This document shows positions 18,115 to 28,410 of a DNA stretch of 64,000 bases, in pieces. The position numbers and the translations under genes are program-made. Below the pieces are notes generated by a model. The model had not been told where the DNA came from. It saw only the letters and a list, made by a program, of their open reading frames with translations, and searched no databases. Source of the DNA: Candidatus Calditenuis fumarioli (GTDB lineage: Archaea > Thermoproteota > Nitrososphaeria_A > Caldarchaeales > Calditenuaceae); NCBI GenBank assembly GCA_030059665.1, contig JANVYR010000002.1, positions 480,001 to 544,000 of the forward strand, written 5' to 3'. The number at the start of each line of letters is the position of its first letter. Position 1 is the first letter of the stretch.

Positions 18115-18759
18115 GTGAGGGCCCGGGAGCTCCTGGAAAGCGTGAGGAAAGAGCTCGAGCCGCTGAACGCCTCAGTTCTCAGGTGCCGCTTCCTGACGAA
18201 GGCGGAGCGCGGTGAGCTCTCGGTCGACGACCTTCGCCTCTTCGCCGAGAACCAGCTCTACATCGTCTCCCACGACGCCCGGAGCCTCTCATTGATGGCG
18301 TCCAGGGCAGGCGACCCGGAGGAGGCCGAGTACTTCGCGGAGCTGGCCCGGTCGGACCTCATGGCGCTCAGGGCCCTGAGGGAGATGGCGCTGGAGCTCG
18401 GCATTGGCCAGAAGCCCCTCCACGAGCTGAGGATCGTTCCCCACGCGGTCGACTACACCCACTTCCTCGCGTTCCTCGCGGCCCACGGCAACCCCGGCGA
18501 GCAGGCGTTCGCGCTGATCGTGAACCTGCCTGTCTGGTCGGCCGCGTGCTCCAGGCTCCTCAACGCCGTCAGGAGCAGACACGATCTCCGGAGGACCGAA
18601 TTCCTCGAGCTGTTCGCGAACGTCCCGAGCTGGGTCGAGGAGGTTGGGCTGCGCGTCTGCGAGAGGTACGTGGAGCGCCACGGCGAGAGCATGAGGTTCT
18701 TCGCGAGGCTGATACAGGAGTACGAGCTCAGCTTCTGGGAGGGGTTGGGAGGTGGCTGA
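18115..18759 (+). CDS. TenA/Thi-4 family protein lacking the catalytic Cys (TenA_E-like)
   Basis: F..NQLYIVSHD, Y..FL, EL.FWE; no LPC motif. Confidence 0.8.
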   Translation: MRARELLESVRKELEPLNASVLRCRFLTKAERGELSVDDLRLFAENQLYIVSHDARSLSLMASRAGDPEEAEYFAELARSDLMALRALREMALELGIGQKPLHELRIVPHAVDYTHFLAFLAAHGNPGEQAFALIVNLPVWSAACSRLLNAVRSRHDLRRTEFLELFANVPSWVEEVGLRVCERYVERHGESMRFFARLIQEYELSFWEGLGGG

Positions 18760-19462
18760 GGTGAGGAGCGGGAGGCCGAGGGAGGCCCTCTGGCGCTCGA
18801 TCGATGACGTTTACCGCGCCATCCTCGCGCACCCGTTCGTGAGGGGCCTCTCGGACGGGTCTCTGCCGGAAAATCGCTTCAGGGAGTACATCGTCCAGGA
18901 CGCCCTCTACCTCAGCTCCTTCTCGAGGGCCGTGGCGATCGTTGGGACGAAGGCCCCGAACGACGACAGCTCGCTCACCTTGCTGGAGAACGCGGTGGGA
19001 GCGCTGAGGGTGGAGAGGGCATCGCTCCACGAGTTCCTGATGCGGGAGTGGGGCGTGAAGCCGGAGGAGCTGAGGTCACGCGTCATGAGCCCGGTGAACC
19101 TCGCCTACACGAGCTACCTGATCGCCGCTGCGTCCTCCGGATCCTTCGAGGAGGGCCTCGCCGCGATACTGCCGTGCTTCTGGGTCTACTACGAGGTCGG
19201 GAAAGAGCTGGTGAGGAGGGGCTCAGAGGTCCCCGTGTACCGCCGCTGGATCGAGACCTACTCCTCGCCCGAGTACGAGAGGGCCGTGATGGCCGTTGTT
19301 GGGCTCGCGGACGAGCACCTCGCGGGGCTGACCGGAAACCGGCTCAGGGCCGTCCTGGGACACTTCAGGACGTCATCGATCTACGAGTACCTGTTCTTCG
19401 ACGAGGCCTATCGGGGATGGAGCTGGCCCTTCAGCCCGCAACCCTCCGAGTATCCTTTATAA
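18752..19462 (+). CDS. tenA: Thiaminase II / aminopyrimidine aminohydrolase (TenA_C)
   Basis: HPFV, YIVQDALYL, AYTSYL, ILPCFWVY, Y..WIETY. Confidence 0.88.
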   Translation: MAEVRSGRPREALWRSIDDVYRAILAHPFVRGLSDGSLPENRFREYIVQDALYLSSFSRAVAIVGTKAPNDDSSLTLLENAVGALRVERASLHEFLMREWGVKPEELRSRVMSPVNLAYTSYLIAAASSGSFEEGLAAILPCFWVYYEVGKELVRRGSEVPVYRRWIETYSSPEYERAVMAVVGLADEHLAGLTGNRLRAVLGHFRTSSIYEYLFFDEAYRGWSWPFSPQPSEYPL

Positions 19463-19488
19463 CCTGAGGGCGGATTAAGGGGTGGGAC

Positions 19489-19941
19489 ATGGGGAGGAAG
19501 CGGAGGAAGATCGTCAAGCGCGCTCCGAGGAGGATCCCGAGGGTCTTCTACTGCCCGCTCTGCAACCAGCAGGCGGTGACCGTGGTGAACGTGACGGGAT
19601 ACAGCGCCGAGGTCTCCTGCGGAAGCTGCGGGACGTCCGTCACGGTTCCGTGGTACAGGAGCTCCCTCCCGGTCGACGCCTACTCGACCTGGTACGACGT
19701 GGTGACGGGCAGGAGGAAGCGCGAGGAGGTGGAGGCGGAGGTAGAGCGTCTCCGGCAGCTGCACGAGGGATTGGCTGAGGAGCTGGTCGAGGCGCTGGTG
19801 GGTGAGGGCGAAGGCGCCAGCGGCGAAGAGTCGTCCGAGGCCGGGGCAGAGGCTGAGGCCGAGGGGCTGGAGGGATCGGAAAGTCTTGAATTGAGCCAGC
19901 GGGAGGAACCCGAGGGAGGGGAGGATGAAGCAGGTCGTTAG
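19489..19941 (+). CDS. Transcription elongation factor Elf1-like Zn ribbon with long acidic tail
   Basis: MGRKRRKIVK...FYCPLCN...CGSCG...PVDAYSTWYD. Confidence 0.85.
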   Translation: MGRKRRKIVKRAPRRIPRVFYCPLCNQQAVTVVNVTGYSAEVSCGSCGTSVTVPWYRSSLPVDAYSTWYDVVTGRRKREEVEAEVERLRQLHEGLAEELVEALVGEGEGASGEESSEAGAEAEAEGLEGSESLELSQREEPEGGEDEAGR

Positions 19942-20242
19942 GATCAAGCTCGCGTCGACGGACCTCGAGAAGCTGGAGGGGCTCTGCAGGGAGATCAAGG
20001 AGATCGCCACCAGGACCGGTGCGAGGGTGGCGGGCCCTGTGCCGCTGCCGACGCAGAGGATGGTGCTTCCCGTCAGGAAGAGCCCGTGCGGTGAGGGCAC
20101 CAAGACCTGGAGGAAGTGGGAGATGAGGGTTCACAGGAGGCTGATCGACCTGACCATCACCGACCCACGCGTCCTGAGGGAGATCATGAGGATACAGCTG
20201 CCCGAGGAGGTCGCGATCGAGATGCGCGTCAGGACCACCTGA
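19925..20242 (+). CDS. rps10: 30S ribosomal protein S10
   Basis: RIKLAS, GPVPLPT, RKSPCGEGTKTW..WEMRVHRRLID. Confidence 0.97.
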   Translation: MKQVVRIKLASTDLEKLEGLCREIKEIATRTGARVAGPVPLPTQRMVLPVRKSPCGEGTKTWRKWEMRVHRRLIDLTITDPRVLREIMRIQLPEEVAIEMRVRTT

Positions 20243-20306
20243 GACCGTTCCTCCTCCCCCGCGCTCGGTTCAAGTGCAACCAACCCTTTGCGTGGGCCGT
20301 GAGGTC

Positions 20307-21677
20307 ATGCTGGACGAGGAGCGCTACAGGTCGCTGACATGCGACGAGTATGAGTCGGCTGTCGGAATAGGGGCCTACTACACCCAGACCAGGGGCATCG
20401 GCGGCCTGATCAAGGTCCTCCCCGAGGACTTCGAGGTCTGGGAGGTCCTCAACGGCGGGCTCGACGCGAGGGAGCGATTCGAGCGCTGGAGGCCGCCTCC
20501 GCATCCACCCGTGAGGAACGCGCTCCTGGTGGTCAAGAAGAGGGACCGGGAGACGCTCAGGGTAGCTGCTGACCTGGCAAAGATCTTGGGAGTCCGGTTG
20601 AGGGCGGTGAAGACCTACGGGCTCAAGGACAGGAGGGCCGTGGCCTGGCAGTTCGTCGCGGTCCCTGCGCGGAGCGTGCTGGACAGGATCGACGTTCCGA
20701 TAGAGGTGAGGGGCGCACAGGCCCTGGTGGTCGGGGAGGCCCACTCGGTCGAGACCCGGGAGCTCCTCTACAACGCGTTCAGGGTGCTGGTACGGGAGGC
20801 AGATCCCGATCAGGAGGTTCTGGAGAACTTCGTTCGCGAGGTGAACTCCAGAGGCGTCCCGAACTTCTACGGACTCCAGCGCTTCGGGGTTTCGAGGCCC
20901 ATCACCCACTTGGTGGGATATCACATCGTCCGAGGTGACCTCGAGGCTGCAGCGAGGGCCTTCGTCGGCCTGCACACTCCCCACGAGCAGGAGCACGTCA
21001 TCGAGTTCAGGCGCTCCTTCCTCGAATCCGGCGACTGGAGTTGGGCTGCGATGAACGCGCCCAAATCTCTCGTTTACGAGAGGGCGCTGCTCCGTCACCT
21101 CGCGTCGAACCCAGGCGACTTCGCTGGCGCCTTCAGGAGGCTACCGCTCAGGATCAGGCGGCTGCTGGTCGAGTCGTACGCATCCTACGTCTTCAACAGG
21201 GCCCTCACCGAGAACCTCCGGGACGGAGTCCCGCTCGACGAGCCCTTGGAGGGAGACCTCGTGGCCCGCGTCGACCGGTTCGGAAGGCCCGAGCGGAAGC
21301 TCTACGAGGTGAGCAGGTGGAACATCGTAGAGGCGGCGAGGCGCGTCAGGGAGGGGACGATGGCGATACTGATGCCGCACCCAGGCCACTCCGTCAGGCT
21401 CCCCCAGAACGAGCGGGGTAAAGCGATACTGAGGGCGCTCGAGCAGGACGGTCTGAGGCCGTCCTCGTTCAGGCTGAGGGACCTCCCGGAGGCCGGGTCG
21501 ATGGGGGGATACAGGGCCGTGACGTTGAGGCCGCTCCGAATCTCGGCGCGGGCCGTCAAGGAAGACGGGGTCCTCGTCGAGATGGCGCTCCCGAGGGGTT
21601 CCTTCGCGACGGTAGTGCTGAGGGAGCTGATGAAGCAGAGGTGCGCGCTGGCCTACGTCGGAAAAAGGGTCCACTGA
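20307..21677 (+). CDS. truD: tRNA pseudouridine(13) synthase TruD
   Basis: IKVLPEDFEV, GLKDRRAVAWQ, PNFYGLQRFG, LPRGSFATVVLRE. Confidence 0.92.
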   Translation: MLDEERYRSLTCDEYESAVGIGAYYTQTRGIGGLIKVLPEDFEVWEVLNGGLDARERFERWRPPPHPPVRNALLVVKKRDRETLRVAADLAKILGVRLRAVKTYGLKDRRAVAWQFVAVPARSVLDRIDVPIEVRGAQALVVGEAHSVETRELLYNAFRVLVREADPDQEVLENFVREVNSRGVPNFYGLQRFGVSRPITHLVGYHIVRGDLEAAARAFVGLHTPHEQEHVIEFRRSFLESGDWSWAAMNAPKSLVYERALLRHLASNPGDFAGAFRRLPLRIRRLLVESYASYVFNRALTENLRDGVPLDEPLEGDLVARVDRFGRPERKLYEVSRWNIVEAARRVREGTMAILMPHPGHSVRLPQNERGKAILRALEQDGLRPSSFRLRDLPEAGSMGGYRAVTLRPLRISARAVKEDGVLVEMALPRGSFATVVLRELMKQRCALAYVGKRVH

Positions 21678-21681
21678 GAGG

Positions 21682-22815
21682 TCAGGCCTTGGCCTCGGCG
21701 AGCCTCCGGAACCTGGGCCTCAGCTTCTCGAGTATCATCGGCAGCGTCGTGTACTCCATCTCCTCGTGCCCGAGCCTCGCGGGCTCGAACTCTCCCATCG
21801 TCCTGAGGTAGACGGCCATCTCGGCCGCGATCCTCCTGCTGTACTCGAAGAACGGGTCGTCGAAGAGGTCCGCGGGCTCCTTCCCATCGACCCCCACGAG
21901 CTTCCCCTCGGATATCTGCCAGCCCATCGCGATGACCCTCGGAGGCCCGTCGAAGAAGGTCACCACGTTCTGGCCCTTCCTGAAGGAGACGGGCATGAGC
22001 GGCCCCCTGTGGGAACCCCTCATCCATCCGCTGACGATCGGCGGGACCGCGAAGGCGCTCAGTATCTCCCCGACCGCGGGGAACCCCGCCTGGGCCCTCA
22101 CCAGCATCACCGGGTCGTCCTTACCGACGTACCTCCCGGCGATCAGGCTGAGCCTCGTGGTGCTCGCGGCCGCGGCGGGCTCGTCGTCGATGGCCCTGTA
22201 GACCTTGGAGACCGCGTACCTGCCGGGTGTTCCGAGAAGGGCGACGAGGTCGTAGAGCTCCTCCGGGACCTTGAGCGTGACCACCTCGGACTCGATCAGG
22301 TCCATCACCTCGAACTTGAAGCCCGCGTGGAGCTTCGGGTCTATCACGAGGCCAGCGGTGTTGTCCGGCGACGCGAAGATCCTGTAGAGGGGGACGTTCC
22401 ACGCACCCGGCTCGGTCTTGTCGGCCGCGAAGACCACCACCGGTTCCGAAGGCCTCTCCTCGAACTCGAGCTCGGCGACACCTGGCCCGAGGCCCCTGAC
22501 GTTACCGCTGAAGGCGTCGCTGAGGAGGTCCTGACCCGCACCGTACAGCTTCAACGGCTTAGCCACCCTCTCCGTGATCTCCTTGAAGGTCCTCCAGGCG
22601 AGGCCGTGGATCTCCGGGTCGTTCTCGCCGCGGGTGTGGGTCATCACAAGAACTATGTCGTCGCCGCAGTGGGTCACGTACCCGGATCCGATCAGGCCCG
22701 TCTCCTCAGCCTCGGCGATCCTCGACTGCGCGTACCTCAGCATCTCGGAGTGCGGCCTGTGGTGACCTGCGACGCTCCCGACGTCGGCCTTGATGACGGA
22801 GAGGGTCACCCTCAT
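21682..22815 (-). CDS. fbp: Bifunctional fructose-1,6-bisphosphate aldolase/phosphatase (class V)
   Basis: SVIKADVGSVAGH, LKLYGAGQDLLSDAFSGNVRGLGPG, YVGKDDP, GWMRGSH.GPLMP, MEYTTLP. Confidence 0.96.
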   Translation of the reverse strand: MRVTLSVIKADVGSVAGHHRPHSEMLRYAQSRIAEAEETGLIGSGYVTHCGDDIVLVMTHTRGENDPEIHGLAWRTFKEITERVAKPLKLYGAGQDLLSDAFSGNVRGLGPGVAELEFEERPSEPVVVFAADKTEPGAWNVPLYRIFASPDNTAGLVIDPKLHAGFKFEVMDLIESEVVTLKVPEELYDLVALLGTPGRYAVSKVYRAIDDEPAAAASTTRLSLIAGRYVGKDDPVMLVRAQAGFPAVGEILSAFAVPPIVSGWMRGSHRGPLMPVSFRKGQNVVTFFDGPPRVIAMGWQISEGKLVGVDGKEPADLFDDPFFEYSRRIAAEMAVYLRTMGEFEPARLGHEEMEYTTLPMILEKLRPRFRRLAEAKA

Positions 22816-22871
22816 GACGCCAGGAAACTATAACGGCGGGTAAAATGCATACCGCCGCATACCGCGACGAA

Positions 22872-23291
22872 CTACTCGGAGGAGGCCCTTCCCAGGAGCG
22901 CGAGGCCGAAGACCAGGGCGCCCATCAGGTGGGCGACGGTGCAGAAGACGCAGAAGCTTCCGATCACGAAGAACTCGAGGTATGTCAGGTAAGCGACGCC
23001 CATCAGCCCCAGAGCGCCCCAGTAGACCAGGTACCGCATGAGCGAGGGAGACCTCAAAGAGGCCAGCGAGAGAACCGAGGAGACCGCGAACCACGCGACG
23101 CCGTAGGCCGCGACCGGAACGCCCAGGAACCTCGAGTGCTCTCCGAGGATGACGGGACCGCAGGAGAGGAGCTGGTTGATCGAGCAGTAGGGGCTGGAGG
23201 CCACCTGCTCGGGGAAGAGGAGGTAGAGGCTGACGGAGAGGCCCGCGAGGGAGGCCGCGATCGTTCCCAGCGCGAAGGTCCGTCCCCTCAA
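22872..23291 (-). CDS. VKOR family membrane disulfide-bond protein
   Basis: YCSINQLLSCGPV loop cysteines, four TM helices, FCVFCT CxxC; TTG start overlapping upstream stop. Confidence 0.85.
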   Translation of the reverse strand: MRGRTFALGTIAASLAGLSVSLYLLFPEQVASSPYCSINQLLSCGPVILGEHSRFLGVPVAAYGVAWFAVSSVLSLASLRSPSLMRYLVYWGALGLMGVAYLTYLEFFVIGSFCVFCTVAHLMGALVFGLALLGRASSE

Positions 23292-23875
23292 CCCCTGAGG
23301 GCCTGCTCTATCGCGGACTTGAGGGTATCGTAGGGCTGCTCCCCGATGAGCTTGGTGACGATCCTCCCGTCGCTGTCGATGACGAAGTAGGTCGGGGTTC
23401 CCGTGACGCCGTAGAGGGAGAAGACCGACATCCTCTCGTCGTAGAGGGCCGTCCAGCTGACGCCGTGCCTGCTGAGGAAGGACGCGGAGGCCGACGGGCT
23501 GGATCCGGAGCTCCCCATCACCGTTACGAAGACCACTCCCTTCTGGGAGTACTCCTGGTAGAGGCGCTTGATGATGGGCGCCATGTTGTTGCAGTGGGGG
23601 CACCAGCTGAAGGCGAAGTCCAGGAAGACGACGGAGCCCCTCGTCGACGAGAACGTGAACTCCCTATCGGTCAGGCCCTCAGGCGTGATGACCTTGAGCT
23701 TGAAGTCCGGCGCCTCGATCCGTTCACCTGTCGAGGTCTGGGTCGTTGGGCTGACGGGTGCCGGCGGTATCGAGAGGAGGTACACCAAGATTCCCACCAG
23801 CAGCATCGCCGGGACGAACGCGACGGCTATGTACCACCTCGGCTCGCTCTTCGTCCGGCCCTTTTTCTTCGCCAT
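23288..23875 (-). CDS. Membrane-anchored TlpA/ResA-like thioredoxin
   Basis: N-terminal TM helix, APDFKL, SWCPHC, YGVTGTPTYFVIDSDGRI. Confidence 0.88.
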   Translation of the reverse strand: MAKKKGRTKSEPRWYIAVAFVPAMLLVGILVYLLSIPPAPVSPTTQTSTGERIEAPDFKLKVITPEGLTDREFTFSSTRGSVVFLDFAFSWCPHCNNMAPIIKRLYQEYSQKGVVFVTVMGSSGSSPSASASFLSRHGVSWTALYDERMSVFSLYGVTGTPTYFVIDSDGRIVTKLIGEQPYDTLKSAIEQALRG

Positions 23876-23988
23876 CTCCCACGTCGAGCCCCAACCGCTC
23901 AAAATATCCTTTTTCCACGCCATCGCACCTTCGCATCGACGCTCCCGGGACCCCTCCCGGCGACCCGACCTCGCAGCGCAGAAACGGG

Positions 23989-24453
23989 ATGACTTTTTCC
24001 CTCAGGCGGAGGGCCTCGTCGCGGATGCCGAGGCTGATCTTCTGCCTGAACGAGGGGACCTTCCTCTCGGAGCCGAGGCACGAGGTGACGTGGGAGGCGG
24101 TGACGGAGCTGGCGTGCGAGCTGCTCTCCGAGAAGCGCGACCTTCTGAGGCGATGGATGCGGCGCCACGTTGCGGCCAAGGACGAGGTCCAGGCCTGGAC
24201 GGAGGCGTACTTCAAGGTCCGTAGCTACGTCCCGAAGCAGCCGGACTTCGACCTCTCCGAGTTCAGGACGCCGTTCGGATACGACCTCGAGCGGCTCGCG
24301 AAGAGGCTGGGAACCGACGTCAGGAGGGCTTCGGTCTTCGTCAGGAAGCTGGACAAGGCGCTGATGCTGGCGGCTGCAGAGGAGGTCCTCGCGGGCATCA
24401 GGCACAGCAACCAGTTCGGCCACAGGATCGAGCTGAGGAAGGTCAGGAGCTGA
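23989..24453 (+). CDS. Conserved archaeal hypothetical protein
   Basis: Host-like codon usage from ATG 23989; DLSEFRTPFGYDL segment. Confidence 0.65.
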   Translation: MTFSLRRRASSRMPRLIFCLNEGTFLSEPRHEVTWEAVTELACELLSEKRDLLRRWMRRHVAAKDEVQAWTEAYFKVRSYVPKQPDFDLSEFRTPFGYDLERLAKRLGTDVRRASVFVRKLDKALMLAAAEEVLAGIRHSNQFGHRIELRKVRS

Positions 24454-24501
24454 CGCGCTAAGGTTAATCGATCCGCGCCGAGAACGAGGCGGAGGGATGG
24501 G

Positions 24502-25071
24502 ATGAGCGCTCCGGAGCAGGTGATCTACCTGAGCGTGCCCCCCGACAGGATAGCGGTCCTGATAGGCACCGATGGAGGGACCAAGAGGCTGATCGAGGAG
24601 ACCTTCGGAGTGCACTTGAGGGTCGACAGCTCCACGGGCCAGGTCGAGCTGAGGCCGCGTCAGGATCAGGGGATGGGAGATCCGGCGGCGCTGCTGAAGG
24701 CGAGGGACGCGATCGTCGCCATAGGGAACGGATTCAGCCCCGAGAAGGCCCTCCAGCTCTCCAGGGACGACGTGGTGCTCGAGGTGATCGACGTCTCGGA
24801 GCACGTGGGAAAGGACCCCGAGGACCTCAGGAGGGTCATGGGACGGATCATCGGAGCCCAGGGAAAGACCAGGCGGATCATCGAGGAGACGGCGCACGTC
24901 GATCTGGCGATAACGCGCGACAGGGTCTCGATCATCGGGCATCCTGAGGACGTCGACGCAGCGAAGAGGGCCGTCACGATGCTGATAGAGGGGGCGAGGC
25001 ACAGCACGGTTTACAGGTTCCTCGACCAGTACGCCCAGAGGCGGAAGTTCAGCAGGCGCGGGCTCTTCTGA
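24502..25071 (+). CDS. KH-domain pre-rRNA processing protein (Dim2/Pno1/Krr1 family)
   Basis: Two KH domains: IAVLIGTDGG and GRIIGAQGKTRRIIEE; GARHSTVYRFL. Confidence 0.92.
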   Translation: MSAPEQVIYLSVPPDRIAVLIGTDGGTKRLIEETFGVHLRVDSSTGQVELRPRQDQGMGDPAALLKARDAIVAIGNGFSPEKALQLSRDDVVLEVIDVSEHVGKDPEDLRRVMGRIIGAQGKTRRIIEETAHVDLAITRDRVSIIGHPEDVDAAKRAVTMLIEGARHSTVYRFLDQYAQRRKFSRRGLF

Positions 25072-25078
25072 CGGCTCC

Positions 25079-25459
25079 TCACCCTGAGAGCCTCAGGTTG
25101 TGGCTCTTGAGGCGGAGGATCTCGACGTTGACCACGTTGGGCTCCATCGACGCCTCATCCCCGAACTGGTAGGTGCCCCGGAGCCTGTTGACGTGGACGA
25201 ACCTCGCGCTGAGCTTCTCCCTGAGCCTGACGAAGTAAACGCTGACCGTCCCTCCCAGCCCGCCAAGGGCCACGAAGAGGGTTCCATCGCTCTCGGAGTA
25301 GTTGACGAACGGTGCCGGCAGCATCGAGGCCAGCCGGAAGAGGTCACCCGGATCCGCCAGCTCGAAAAGCAGAACCCTCTGAGCTCCCTCCTCGCCCACG
25401 GACCTAATCCCTCCCCGACGCATATTAAAGTTGCACGGACGTCCAGGCGACGTCCGCAC
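25079..25459 (-). CDS. Conserved archaeal hypothetical protein (true start probably near 25400)
   Basis: Host-like codon usage, alpha/beta pattern. Confidence 0.6.
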   Translation of the reverse strand: MRTSPGRPCNFNMRRGGIRSVGEEGAQRVLLFELADPGDLFRLASMLPAPFVNYSESDGTLFVALGGLGGTVSVYFVRLREKLSARFVHVNRLRGTYQFGDEASMEPNVVNVEILRLKSHNLRLSG

Positions 25460-25549
25460 AGGTCAGCGAAGGGAGAGGGTGGGATTCCCTGACCCGGGTC
25501 CTGCTGGAGGCGGTTGAGGTTTATCTCAATGCGGGAGGGGCAAGGAGGC

Positions 25550-25828
25550 GTGAAGGTCCCCGAGGCGATCAACACGTACTGCCCCAAGTGTAACGCTCAC
25601 ACCGAGCACAAGGTCTCCCTCTACCGGAAGGGGAAGGAGAGGGCGCTCGCGATAGGAGCCCGGAGACACGAGAGGGAGCTCCACGGCTACGGAGGCCAGA
25701 AGTACCCGATCCAGCGTAACAAGGCCAAGACGACCGAGAAGAAGACGCTCGTACTTACCTGCAACAAGTGCGGCCGCAAGGTCATGCGGGAGGGCGTCAG
25801 GCTCAGGAAGCTCGAGATCGTGAGGTGA
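25550..25828 (+). CDS. rpl44e: 50S ribosomal protein L44e
   Basis: TYCPKCNAHTEHKV...GYGGQK...KAKTTEKKTLVLTCNKC. Confidence 0.96.
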   Translation: MKVPEAINTYCPKCNAHTEHKVSLYRKGKERALAIGARRHERELHGYGGQKYPIQRNKAKTTEKKTLVLTCNKCGRKVMREGVRLRKLEIVR

Positions 25829-26040
25829 GGCCCCTGTCCTCGAGGATCGATCCGGCATCGCTGGTCCCATCTCCGAGGTCGAGGTTCCTCCTGGTCAGCT
25901 GCCAGAGCTGCGGCAACCGGCAGGTGGTGTTCGACCACGCCAAGATCGTGGTGAAGTGCCTGGTCTGCCAGGAGCCGCTGGCCCTTCCTCGGGGAGGGAA
26001 GGCGAAGATACTGGGTAAGGTCGAGGCGGTCCTCACTTGA
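25825..26040 (+). CDS. rps27e: 30S ribosomal protein S27e
   Basis: PRSRFLLVSCQSCGNRQVVFDHA...CLVC...PRGGKAKI. Confidence 0.95.
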   Translation: MRPLSSRIDPASLVPSPRSRFLLVSCQSCGNRQVVFDHAKIVVKCLVCQEPLALPRGGKAKILGKVEAVLT

Positions 26041-26046
26041 GGGAAA

Positions 26047-27304
<1,258 letters not shown>

Positions 27305-27317
27305 CGAACCCGCACCG

Positions 27318-27582
27318 CTAACCGCTCAGCTCTGCACCGAGGAAGTAGGGGAGGGTCTTGGCCTTCTCCACGAACCACCTGATCTTGCCCTCCTTGCCCG
27401 ACACGACGATGGTCCCCCTCAGCGCGTCGCCCTCCCTCCTCAGCTCCATCCGCTCGACCGTCAGACCTCCCTGCTTCAGCAGAAGGGTGGCCTTCAGGAG
27501 GGCCTCGTTGCTGGGCCTCAGCGTTACCGTCACGACCCGGGTCGTTTCCTGCGACAGCACGTCCGTAGGGCTCCACCCCCAC
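27318..27582 (-). CDS. ACT-like domain protein (start approximate)
   Basis: RVVTVTLRPSNEALLKATLLLKQGGLTVERMEL pattern resembles an AHAS regulatory ACT domain. Confidence 0.55.
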
Positions 27583-27665
27583 ATTAAAGCTTGCCCGCGG
27601 GATCGGCGGGCCCTCCGCAAGGCCTACGGTTTGGGTTTTTAACAGGCGCGAAGAGGTGGTCCACG

Positions 27666-28385
27666 ATGGCCGAGCAGGGCGAGGTGCAGGCGGCGCCGGC
27701 GGTGGAGAACGGGAGCTTCGTCCTGGTCGATTACGTGATAACCGCCAAGGAGACGGGGGAGCTCGTCGACACGACGCTGGAGGAGAAGGCGAAGGAGAAG
27801 GGCGTGAGCGGGGCTGGCGCGCTTTTCGAGCCGAGGCTCGCCGTGATAGGGAAGGGGATGCTGCTGAGGGCGCTGGAGGAGGAGATGATAGGGATGCGGG
27901 AGGGCGAGCACAAGGTGGTCGTGATCCCGCCCGAGAGGGCCTTCGGTCCGAGGGACCCGAGCAAGGTCAAGGTGATACCGATCAGGAGGCTGAAGGACCT
28001 CGACCAGCCGATAACTGTGGGGACGAGGCTCGTCGTGGACGGAAGGGAGGGCGTCGTGAGGAGCATCGAGTCTGGCAGGGTCCAGGTCGACTTCAACCAC
28101 CAGCTGGCCGGGAAGACCCTCGAGTGCGAGGTCTGGGTGAGGAAAATCATCACCGACGACGCCGAGAAGGTGCTGTCGCTCCTCCACTCGCACGTCCCCG
28201 AGGCGAACAGCAGCAACACGGAGGTCAAGATCGAGGGCGGGGTTGTAACCATCAAACTTCCGAAGGAGGTCTTCAATTTGCCGGGGCTGCAGGTCGTCAA
28301 GAGGTCGCTCGTGAGGGAGGTGGCCGACTCGATAAAGGACGTCAGGAAGGTCGTCTTCGTCGAGGAGTGGGAGGTACAGACCTGA
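27666..28385 (+). CDS. Long-type FKBP peptidyl-prolyl isomerase (SlyD-like)
   Basis: FVLVDY, GKGMLLRALEE, PPERAFGPRDP, VDFNHQLAGKTL. Confidence 0.92.
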   Translation: MAEQGEVQAAPAVENGSFVLVDYVITAKETGELVDTTLEEKAKEKGVSGAGALFEPRLAVIGKGMLLRALEEEMIGMREGEHKVVVIPPERAFGPRDPSKVKVIPIRRLKDLDQPITVGTRLVVDGREGVVRSIESGRVQVDFNHQLAGKTLECEVWVRKIITDDAEKVLSLLHSHVPEANSSNTEVKIEGGVVTIKLPKEVFNLPGLQVVKRSLVREVADSIKDVRKVVFVEEWEVQT

Positions 28386-28410
28386 AAGGCCGAGCAGCGG
28401 TGAGCCGGTC

